From Acaryochloris marina S15 (lineage in GTDB: Bacteria > Cyanobacteriota > Cyanobacteriia > Thermosynechococcales > Thermosynechococcaceae): DNA of 32,000 nucleotides. Of the stretch, positions 17,840 to 25,749 are shown piece after piece. A model generated the notes under the pieces. That model saw only the letters and a list, made by a program, of their open reading frames with translations, was not told where the DNA came from and did no database searches. Position numbers and translations under genes: made by a program. The stretch covers positions 5,310,001 through 5,342,000 of the forward strand of contig NZ_CP064923.1 of the NCBI RefSeq assembly GCF_018336915.1, written 5' to 3'. Position 1 is the first letter of the stretch, and the number at the start of each line of letters is the position of its first letter.

Positions 17840-19330
17840 ATGAGTAAGTTCATTAAGGGCGCTGGTATTTCATTTATTGGGCAACTAGGAAGTACTGGCT
17901 TAAAATACCTCACCCAAGTTACTCTAGCCTGGATTTTTGGAGCTGAAGTGTTTGGTTTATACACCCTGGGTCTCGTTTTCTATCAATTTTGTGACTTATT
18001 TGCTCGGTTAGGCTTAGAGTTTGGAGCTGTACGTTATGTTGCCATCAACACGACTGCAGAAAGCCGCCCCAACTTAAAAGGGGTTCTACTGACCATACTA
18101 GGTCTCCCATTCATATTCGGATGTGTTCTTGGAGGCATACTATTTTATTGGTCTAGTTTTATTGCCACCGATATTTTTCAAAAACCAGACTTAGCTGTTG
18201 TTCTACAGATATTTTCTCTCGCTATACCTGTCGGCGCTAGCATGACCACAGGCTCGTTTGCAACAACAGGGTTTCAAACTACTTTATATAGAGTCTTAGT
18301 ATTTGACTTAATTGTGCCATTCACCAATCTATTCTTCGCGATTGGTTTAGGGCTAATTGGATTCAAGCTATTGGGAGCATCCTTAGCTTGGTTAATAGCA
18401 TTAATAGTTGGTTTAATACTTATTTTTTATTTTATTTGCAATCTATTTCCAGATATTTTTTCAAGCAAAGTAAAGCCAGTTTTCAATCTAAAAGAAATCC
18501 TTAGTTTCTCTTTACCATTATCTTTTGGAACATTTGTTTGGTTACTTTTAATTTGGACTGATATCTTGATGCTAGGCTACTATAGCAGCGCATCAGAAGT
18601 CGGGATCTATCGAGCTGCTTCACAAACTGCTTTTTTGATGATCCTTTTTGATCGTTCTCTCATCACAATTTTTGTGCCTACAATTGCAAGCTTATTTAAT
18701 CAAGAGAAACTGTCAGAGGCTAATCAACTATATACAACTTCTACTCGTTGGAATTTTATCCTAACTTTACCGCTGTTTATCATACTAACTATTTCTAGCC
18801 AACATATACTCAAAATTTATGGCTCTGATTTTCAATCTGCATGGATGATTCTAATTATCTTGGCAACAGGACAATTAACAAGATCAGGGGGCGGTGGCTT
18901 ATGCATGCATATGTTAGCCATGTCAGGAAACCAATATTTAAAGCTATATGGTGATATTGCTCTAGCCACTACAAATATAACACTTAATTTTTTGCTCATT
19001 CCCTTATGGGGACCACTAGGAGCATCTATTGCTACTGCTTCTAGCATGGCTGGAATTAATTTAGTGCGCGTGATTCAAGTCAAGTACGTTCTAGGAGTTT
19101 ATCCATATTCATTTCGTGATTTCAAACTCATTATTTGTGGTGTAGTGGCTGCTTTGTCTGGCGTCTTAATTCAGTATTTTTTGCATGACATATTTTATTT
19201 ACTGCTAATTGCAATATCTGCACTTGTCATGATTATTACATACAGCCTGATTCTTTTTTTTACAGCACTCAATGAAGATGACAAACTACTTATCAATCAG
19301 TATAAAATAAAGCTTAAAAACTTTCTATAA
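17840..19330 (+). CDS. wzx: Wzx-type oligosaccharide/polysaccharide flippase (MOP superfamily)
   Basis: 496 aa. Hydrophobic throughout, with about 12-14 predicted TM segments and the N- and C-terminal halves typical of Polysacc_synt proteins. The symbol denotes the family only. Confidence 0.75.
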   Translation: MSKFIKGAGISFIGQLGSTGLKYLTQVTLAWIFGAEVFGLYTLGLVFYQFCDLFARLGLEFGAVRYVAINTTAESRPNLKGVLLTILGLPFIFGCVLGGILFYWSSFIATDIFQKPDLAVVLQIFSLAIPVGASMTTGSFATTGFQTTLYRVLVFDLIVPFTNLFFAIGLGLIGFKLLGASLAWLIALIVGLILIFYFICNLFPDIFSSKVKPVFNLKEILSFSLPLSFGTFVWLLLIWTDILMLGYYSSASEVGIYRAASQTAFLMILFDRSLITIFVPTIASLFNQEKLSEANQLYTTSTRWNFILTLPLFIILTISSQHILKIYGSDFQSAWMILIILATGQLTRSGGGGLCMHMLAMSGNQYLKLYGDIALATTNITLNFLLIPLWGPLGASIATASSMAGINLVRVIQVKYVLGVYPYSFRDFKLIICGVVAALSGVLIQYFLHDIFYLLLIAISALVMIITYSLILFFTALNEDDKLLINQYKIKLKNFL

Positions 19331-19700
19331 GATGAAATTTGCGAAAGAAAGAATACTATTTCAACAGTACTAATTCAAGAAGCCAGCAACTAAGATAAGT
19401 TGTGACAAGGAATGACTTCTATCCCTTATCGGGTAGTTTTATTATATGCTTTCGCTCATGAGCAAGTCTCAAAATATCTTTTGAATCATTGATTAAATAC
19501 TTCCTGGTTAGTTCACCGTATAAATTGAGTCAATAGCACAACATAAAGCGAATATTGCAAGAGGTCTCAAGTTTTCGCCATATCATGAAGTCTAGTTCGA
19601 CCTCTCTAAAGTCTTCTGACGTCTAGAGTTCCATCACGATTTTGAGGTAGAAAATTATTTTTTAGTGGCGCATCAAAAGGCAAGGTTCGTTGGAGTATAA

Positions 19701-21116
19701 ATGAAACATTTAAAACTATTATGCGTTTTCTCTATCTTACTTTTCACAGGTTGTAAATCTGAAAATCTGGGAAGTGAAAATCCAGAAAGTAAAAATATTC
19801 CTTATGCATCCATTGAGCCGACCCAATTCACTGTAGATTTACCGCAAGAATATGACGGGTCTGGTGGGTTAGTTGCGATCGATATTACCCAAGATAGCAA
19901 GAAAGACTTCATCATTACCCAAACCAATCACATCGCTGCTTATCGCCATTCTGGCGAAAAACTTTGGACCAAAACAGCTGATATACAGCTCTCAGATAAA
20001 TCAGAACGGCAAGGGCTACCGGGATTACATGCTCCAGGTGTTCAAGTCGCTGATATTGATGGGGATGACAAACCAGAAGTCCTATTTATTACAAGAGACA
20101 ATAGATTACATGTTGTCCAGGGAGAAGATGGCAAATCTGAACATACGCTGGCATTACCCTCTCCGGCAAAATCAAACCGTTGGGAACATATTGTCGTTGC
20201 TGATTTTCGGGGGAAAGGCGACCGCGATATTTTGTTGCAATCTACGACGGAAACGGAGTATCGATTAGGGCGTCATCTTGCAGCTTATTCCATCGACAGC
20301 TTGCTGAAAGATCCTAAAACGCCACCCCTATGGGTACAAAATGATTTTCATAGCGCCGCCCATAATGGTGTTCGTGTGATGGATCTCAACGGCGATGGTA
20401 AGGATGAAGTGATCGGAGCCAATATCCTCAATGGTCAAGGCAAGATCCTGTTTCAGCTTCCCCTCACCTTGCAAAGGTTCCCCCACATTGATTCTGTTTT
20501 TATCTCTGATGTTGACCCCAATATCGAAGGATTAGAGGTGATTGCTCTGGAAGAGGGAGGCGATAATCGCGTTTTTCTCTACAATACAGAGCAGTTGATC
20601 TGGCAAATCGATTATAAAAATCAAGAACCTCAAAATGCTGTTTTTGGAGATTTTGACCTCGAACGGCCGGGTCTAGAAATTTGGTGTAGAAGTCGGTATA
20701 ACGAAGACCAAAAGCCTTTTATCTTTGACGCCCAAGGGAAATTCATAAACTCCTACAGAATGTCTAATGTCGCCCCGAATGATTGGACGATTAAAGGGGT
20801 CGAAGTCATTATTCCCATTCACTGGACCGGTGAACCCAAGCAATTAGCTGCGGCCAAAGAGCGTCACGAATCAGGAGATGTGGGCATTTTTGATCCGGTC
20901 AGTGGCGCATTTCTCTATAAATTTAAAACAACTGCCGATCGCCTCTATGTAGCAGATGTGACGGGGGATTGGCGAGAAGAATTAATCGTCTTAAACCAGA
21001 AAGAACTGAAGATTTTTCAAAATCCTGCTCCTAATGCTAATCCAAATCAACCTAGATTATGGGATCAAAAACATTATCAACGCAGTAAGATGACCTGGAA
21101 TTACTATAGTCCTTGA
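19701..21116 (+). CDS. Lipoprotein with FG-GAP/Ca-binding beta-propeller repeats, resembling PL11 rhamnogalacturonan-lyase-type propellers
   Basis: Signal peptide plus lipobox MKHLKLLCVFSILLFTGC. Repeated D-x-D/N-G-D loops are present (DIDGDDKPEVLF, DFRGKGDRDILL, DLNGDGKDEVIG, DVTGDWREELIV). The C-terminal RLWDQKHYQRSKMTWNYYSP recalls the YesW/YesX C-terminal motif. Confidence 0.5.
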   Translation: MKHLKLLCVFSILLFTGCKSENLGSENPESKNIPYASIEPTQFTVDLPQEYDGSGGLVAIDITQDSKKDFIITQTNHIAAYRHSGEKLWTKTADIQLSDKSERQGLPGLHAPGVQVADIDGDDKPEVLFITRDNRLHVVQGEDGKSEHTLALPSPAKSNRWEHIVVADFRGKGDRDILLQSTTETEYRLGRHLAAYSIDSLLKDPKTPPLWVQNDFHSAAHNGVRVMDLNGDGKDEVIGANILNGQGKILFQLPLTLQRFPHIDSVFISDVDPNIEGLEVIALEEGGDNRVFLYNTEQLIWQIDYKNQEPQNAVFGDFDLERPGLEIWCRSRYNEDQKPFIFDAQGKFINSYRMSNVAPNDWTIKGVEVIIPIHWTGEPKQLAAAKERHESGDVGIFDPVSGAFLYKFKTTADRLYVADVTGDWREELIVLNQKELKIFQNPAPNANPNQPRLWDQKHYQRSKMTWNYYSP

Positions 21117-21516
21117 CAAAGAATCAGAATTTATACCTATCAAGAATCAACTATTTTTAAGGTGCCGAAGTGCAAAATAAGACTTATTTTTATCTTTCAG
21201 AATCTTATCAATCGAATGTTTAGCGGATAGGGGGGCGTCTTATACTCCTGTTAATAGCTGAAGAGCATTAGAAATAGCTGCAGATTAGTCAAGACAAAGG
21301 TCCCCAAAAATGTATTGAGGAACTTTTGAATATTTATGGTGTCTATCTGACTGTATTTTTGCTGAAGAAGATAAATATGGCTCGCTGTTTTTAGCTTTTC
21401 TAGGATGAAGTTCGATAGTGGATAAATTCTAATCTAAACTTCACGGAGTTTTCACAGAAGCCTACTAATATCGTACTCATAGTGATGCTTGATACTAATT
21501 TTAGATTTCATCTTTA

Positions 21517-21530
21517 GTGATGAGTATCAC
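21517..21530. promoter_or_regulatory. CRP-type palindrome GTGATGAGTATCAC upstream of the Crp/Fnr-family gene
   Basis: It matches the core (T)GTGA-N6-TCAC(A), with 5-bp perfect arms GTGAT/ATCAC. It lies 69 bp upstream of GTG 21599 and is followed by TATATA at ~21537. A half-related copy TAGTGATGCTTGATAC lies at ~21480-21495. Confidence 0.35.
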
Positions 21531-21598
21531 GTATCTTATATAACTTCTGGCCTCACCCCATTGTCCAAATTGCTGACTAGCACAGGCAATATTGTTGG

Positions 21599-22297
21599 GT
21601 GAGTCTAACGCAAAGTTTCATTCAGTTTTTCGCAGGTACGCAGCTAATGGCAGTATCAACTCCCATCACTCCGCAATCTATTTCTAATACGGTTACTTCC
21701 CTCTATGATTCTCGAAGTCTATGTCTAAGGCCGGGCCAAGCCGTTCCACAGCAGTCTGATTATCTCTGGCATATTGAGAAAGGCTTAGTGCGCACCTTAA
21801 CTTGGAATGAAGAGGGTGACTTAGTTACTCTGGGGCTATGGGGCGCTGGTGACTCTGTGGGTCGCCTATTATCTGAAATCACTCCTTTCCAGATAGAGTG
21901 CTTAAGCCCTGTAGAGGTGAAGCCCTTACCTTTGGCAGGACAAGATTTGGGTGTGGTGATGCGATCGCACCTCCGCTACATGGAGGAACTCTTCAGCATC
22001 ATCAGCTACAAGCGTGCACCACAAAGGTTATTGCGCTTTTTGGATTGGCTAGGTGATCGGTTTGGCCGTCATGTGGATCAGGGACGTATTTTAGATCTGG
22101 GATTGACCCATCAGCTTATGGCTGAAATCACCGGGATTACCCGAGTCACGGCTACCCGCTTGCTCAACGAGTTTGAGCGGGAAGGTAAGCTGATGCGTTT
22201 ACCCAAGCAACAAATGCTGCTGCAGTTCAACTCAGGTCACCCTGATCGAGTCACTAGCATGGCCCGACATCGAGCCAAAGGGAAACGTAACGCCTAA
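21599..22297 (+). CDS. Crp/Fnr-family transcriptional regulator
   Basis: An N-terminal cNMP-binding-like beta-barrel (GLVRTLTWNEEGDLVTLGLWGAGDSVG) and a C-terminal HTH (LTHQLMAEITGITRVTATRLLNEFEREGKL). The track start is GTG; ATG 21647 is an alternative. Confidence 0.85.
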   Translation: MSLTQSFIQFFAGTQLMAVSTPITPQSISNTVTSLYDSRSLCLRPGQAVPQQSDYLWHIEKGLVRTLTWNEEGDLVTLGLWGAGDSVGRLLSEITPFQIECLSPVEVKPLPLAGQDLGVVMRSHLRYMEELFSIISYKRAPQRLLRFLDWLGDRFGRHVDQGRILDLGLTHQLMAEITGITRVTATRLLNEFEREGKLMRLPKQQMLLQFNSGHPDRVTSMARHRAKGKRNA

Positions 22298-24432
22298 TTG
22301 ATTAAGGCTGTGAGCTGATTGACTTGTTCAGCAATGCCTTGATCCAGGTGCTGCAGGCGCTCGGTCTCTTGCTCTAGCTGAATATCTTGAGTCTCTTTTT
22401 GGGTGACCAAATGGGTGAGTTCCGTTTGGCGAGCCAGAATATCATCGTTCAAGCGCTGAATGATCTCAGTTTCATAGGTGTTAAAACAAGACTCAACCGC
22501 GTCATACACTGCCTGCTGTTGCTCTTGGGCAATTTGGGGCAGACATTTGGCGAATTCTTGGCGGGTAGTGGTCAGAAACGTCTGACGAACATATTCAGCT
22601 TGCCCGGCAACTAAGCCAGCCCCAGCAACAATCACTAAAAATACGTTCAAGGCCATGGCTGAAAACACAAGGCCGACCATTTGCACCACCAGGGTGACAC
22701 AGAGAGAGGTGAACACCGCCTGCATCACCCGTCGCCAAAAAGGACTTAAGCGACCGACTACCCCATTGAGGGAGTTGGGAATGGCATCTAAGACTTCAAA
22801 GACAGTATCGGTCCAGGTTTCAGTGGCATTGTAGGAATGACCAGATGCCACATAGGACTGCCCCAGCAGTTTGGCATTGATCACGTCCACGACTTGGGTA
22901 TAGGTTGCCCGATATTGATCGACCACAACCTGTACCTGAGCAAAGGCGGTTTCTAATTGCTGAGTGGCCTGAATTTCCCAGTTGGCCAATTGATCCGTGA
23001 GATAGCGCTCAAAGGCTTGCTTAAAAGATTCATGGAACTTGGCCCGGTTCTGCTTGTTGAGAAAGTCTAAAAACTCTAGATCGGGCTGGGAAGCCACAAA
23101 GTCCGTTTCAAAGGTTTTTTCTAGCTGCAGCATATAGCCCTGAAACGAATCGGCGATGGCTTGAGCTTCGCGATCACGGATTTTGCGAATTTCGGCTTGA
23201 AAGTCTGTGGAGACGGCTGCAAGCTGGTCAAACTCGGTCTGGACGGAGGCGACTTTTGCCTTGAGATGGTCAATATCTTCATCTAACAGAGGAATGCGCC
23301 GTTCGACCGCTTCATGGACATGGGCCGCCACAGAACGGGCCTGGTGCACCGCATGATTTAACTCGGCATTGGTTCGCTCTCGGGTTAAGAACTGGGTGAG
23401 GGAATCGAGAAAAGCAGGAATGCCCGTATCGTCTAGAGGGGCTTTAGGGTCATGGAGTTGAGACCTTAACGCAGGCAATGCTGAAATTTCAAAGACTCGC
23501 TGCTGATAGCGATCTTCGCCATTGACTGAACAGTAGGGGGCAAGGTAGGTTTGAAAGACTTGTCGAAGCTTCGATTCTGCTTCGGCTACAGCATCCTTAT
23601 CGTCCGGATCAAGCAGACTAGTTTGCACCTTATCCCAAGCATTGAGGAGGAAGAAAATGGTTAGCCCTCGGTTCTGGAGAAAGTTGCGTAAGTAACGCCG
23701 CTCATCTAGGGTGCAGGGCTGGGTTGTATTGAGGACAAATAACACCGCATGACAGTCGTTGAGATAGTTGAGTACTAGCTCGTTGCGGGCTTCTGTATCG
23801 TTTAATCCAGGGGTATCGACGAGTTCAATCCCTTTAGCTAAGAGAGGCAGGGGATATTCGATCACCGCATGGCTGACATTGGGAAAGGCTTGCTCATCTT
23901 TTTCCTGGAGCGCTTTGGATTCTGACGGGTCAATGGTGTATTTCCATTTGAAGGTGGCAACATCAATCTGCTGGGGCGGGGTGTCATCGCGAAAGTGGAT
24001 GGTGATTTGCTTCTGAGGACCATATTTGAGCACGCTCAGAATGGCGGTACAGGGATTGACATCGCTAGGCAGCAGTCGCTCTCCCAAAATGGCATTAATC
24101 AGGGTGCTTTTTCCCCGTTTGAGATCGCCCAACACCACTAGTCGAAAGACGCCTTGCCGCAGATGGTCACTGGCTGTTTTGACCAGGGTGACCTGGCGAT
24201 CAAAACCTAACGGTCCCGAAGCCTTGGCTCCTTCCAGTTCAGATTGGATCAAACTCTGAGAAATTTGTTCTAAATGATCGGCAACCTGCTCTCGAACACG
24301 ACGAACTTGGTCAAAATCATCTAAATATCCCGCAGGTTGGGAGAGGTTGACAGGATTACTCATGAATTGGAGGTTGAAAGGACTGAAGTCTGAAATAGCA
24401 GGCGCTGACCGTTCCATCATAGCGATAGCCAA
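22294..24432 (-). CDS. Bacterial dynamin-like protein (BDLP-type large GTPase)
   Basis: 712 aa. G1 is VVLGDLKRGKSTLINAILG, G3 is LVDTPGLND and the G4-like motif is FFLLNAWDK. Long helical stalk regions are present. A hydrophobic paddle/TM segment (FTSLCVTLVVQMVGLVFSAMALNVFLVIVAGAGLVAG) sits in the C-terminal third, as in Nostoc BDLP. Confidence 0.85.
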   Translation of the reverse strand: MAIAMMERSAPAISDFSPFNLQFMSNPVNLSQPAGYLDDFDQVRRVREQVADHLEQISQSLIQSELEGAKASGPLGFDRQVTLVKTASDHLRQGVFRLVVLGDLKRGKSTLINAILGERLLPSDVNPCTAILSVLKYGPQKQITIHFRDDTPPQQIDVATFKWKYTIDPSESKALQEKDEQAFPNVSHAVIEYPLPLLAKGIELVDTPGLNDTEARNELVLNYLNDCHAVLFVLNTTQPCTLDERRYLRNFLQNRGLTIFFLLNAWDKVQTSLLDPDDKDAVAEAESKLRQVFQTYLAPYCSVNGEDRYQQRVFEISALPALRSQLHDPKAPLDDTGIPAFLDSLTQFLTRERTNAELNHAVHQARSVAAHVHEAVERRIPLLDEDIDHLKAKVASVQTEFDQLAAVSTDFQAEIRKIRDREAQAIADSFQGYMLQLEKTFETDFVASQPDLEFLDFLNKQNRAKFHESFKQAFERYLTDQLANWEIQATQQLETAFAQVQVVVDQYRATYTQVVDVINAKLLGQSYVASGHSYNATETWTDTVFEVLDAIPNSLNGVVGRLSPFWRRVMQAVFTSLCVTLVVQMVGLVFSAMALNVFLVIVAGAGLVAGQAEYVRQTFLTTTRQEFAKCLPQIAQEQQQAVYDAVESCFNTYETEIIQRLNDDILARQTELTHLVTQKETQDIQLEQETERLQHLDQGIAEQVNQLTALIN

Positions 24433-24563
24433 TGGCTGATGGCACTACTGACTCTCAGTATTCCCAGTTGAGGAGGGGTGCCGGACCGCAGTGAGCGAGA
24501 GCACTAGCAGAATCGGAGCACAGGGCTAGACTAGCGCTAGTTGAACCCATCCATATATTGCAA

Positions 24564-25007
24564 ATGAAGCAGTCTCTGTTTTTTGTTGGTTTTTGCTTGC
24601 TGATGACCTGTACAGGGTGCGGTGGCTCTAAATATCCCAAGGTCAATGTGACTGCAGCTATTGCTGACCATCTACAAACCCAATCCGATCAACCCTTCGA
24701 TTTAGGGACCCTTGGCTCGGATGAGTGGCAGAAGATTTGTGTACTAGATCCATACACAGCCAACACAGAAGGCGCGAAAATCTTGGGGTTTAACTGGGAT
24801 TTCGAAAGCCAGTCGTCGATTAAAGAAAATGATGGAATTAATCTGTTGGTGTTTGTAAAGGATCAATCGGTCGTTGCCTTTGCCGAACATCTGAGACACA
24901 AAGGAGATTTCACGAGCCTAAAGCCATCTTGCCTCGATCGGGAAGATGCTGTGGTTAAGCCCAGAAAAGGCACCAAGGATTGGATCTCTTTTGTGAAGGA
25001 CGAATAA
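24564..25007 (+). CDS. Small putative lipoprotein, unknown function
   Basis: MKQSLFFVGFCLLMTCTGCGGS is a signal peptide with a Cys-containing lipobox-like end. ATG 24564 is preferred over the track's TTG 24558. It is transcribed divergently from the dynamin-like gene. No recognisable domain. Confidence 0.5.
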   Translation: MKQSLFFVGFCLLMTCTGCGGSKYPKVNVTAAIADHLQTQSDQPFDLGTLGSDEWQKICVLDPYTANTEGAKILGFNWDFESQSSIKENDGINLLVFVKDQSVVAFAEHLRHKGDFTSLKPSCLDREDAVVKPRKGTKDWISFVKDE

Positions 25008-25224
25008 TTTACTGTAATGCTTTGTTGCTTCACCTGAATATCGCAACCCATCGCGGTATCGGACCGTTTATGGGTTACAACTCGGCTTAAATCAGAGGAG
25101 GAAAAACTACGAGTTTCATGCTAGACGAGGTTTAAATCGCTGATACAAAATTCTGATTAGTCCCGGACAGGCATAATATCACTCCTCAATTCCTCCTATA
25201 ATCCAAGCATGAGTAGTTACCGCT

Positions 25225-25259
25225 CCCCTCACCTCAGCGTGAACGGGGGCCTTTTTTTT
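25225..25259 (+). terminator. Rho-independent terminator-like hairpin with a T8 tract
   Basis: CCCCTCAC (25225-25232) pairs with GTGA(AC)GGGG (25239-25248) with a 2-nt bulge, followed by CC and TTTTTTTT (25252-25259). It lies ~220 nt downstream of the lipoprotein stop. Confidence 0.55.
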
Positions 25260-25314
25260 ACTCACTTATGAATGGGACTCAGAGGTGGATTGGCAGTACA
25301 GTCTGAATCGAACG

Positions 25315-25593
25315 TTATGCCCCATCAATCTTGTCAGCGATCCGATCATTCCAATCAACGTCTAATTCCTGCCGATCCATTTGCCACGTTTTAGGGACGA
25401 TTTCTTCTTCGGCAAACTCGACATCACCTGTGGGAGGGATATCTACAACATCCATGAGATTCTTACCCAAAGTCTCAGCAATGTCCCAAGCATTATCAGG
25501 ATCTTCAGCTTTTATATGTCGAACAAGAGGTTTACCATTGTCCTGCTCATAAATCGCATAAAAGTCTTTATCAACAATATTTAACTGACTCAT
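25315..25593 (-). CDS. Small acidic hypothetical protein (92 aa)
   Basis: ATG-initiated ORF. It is strongly acidic (many D/E) with no recognisable motif. The two plus-strand ORFs overlapping it look like shadows. Confidence 0.45.
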   Translation of the reverse strand: MSQLNIVDKDFYAIYEQDNGKPLVRHIKAEDPDNAWDIAETLGKNLMDVVDIPPTGDVEFAEEEIVPKTWQMDRQELDVDWNDRIADKIDGA

Positions 25594-25749
25594 GGTTAAA
25601 GCTTCTAGACAAATATCAATAGTCCTAACCTCATGATCTCATAAAGAAGAGGATTAACTCAGAATGACCTGGGCGACGTTTTGGTGATGCCTCCATACAT
25701 TCGCATAGGTACCTCAGTGTCGTAATCTTGTACCGAATGAGAAAAAGCT

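Noticed and set aside
19331-19700. 370-bp spacer after wzx examined for a decayed gene or mobile element
   Set aside because: It contains only very short ORFs (for example MIWRKLETSCNIRFMLCY) and a 10-bp palindrome GCTCATGAGC. Nothing is recognisable as a transposase or an inverted-repeat pair.
22387-24259. Plus-strand ORFs 22387..22614, 23768..24016 and 24026..24259, and minus-strand ORF 24455..24646
   Set aside because: The first three are antisense shadows within the dynamin-like gene. The last lies in its promoter region and overlaps the 5' end of the lipoprotein ORF on the opposite strand. None has any motif.
22294-24432. Dynamin gene as an Eleos/LeoABC-type anti-phage system
   Set aside because: Those systems are multi-gene, with a dynamin-like GTPase plus partner(s). 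Here the gene is monocistronic, flanked by a convergent regulator and a divergent lipoprotein. No defence-system architecture can be supported.
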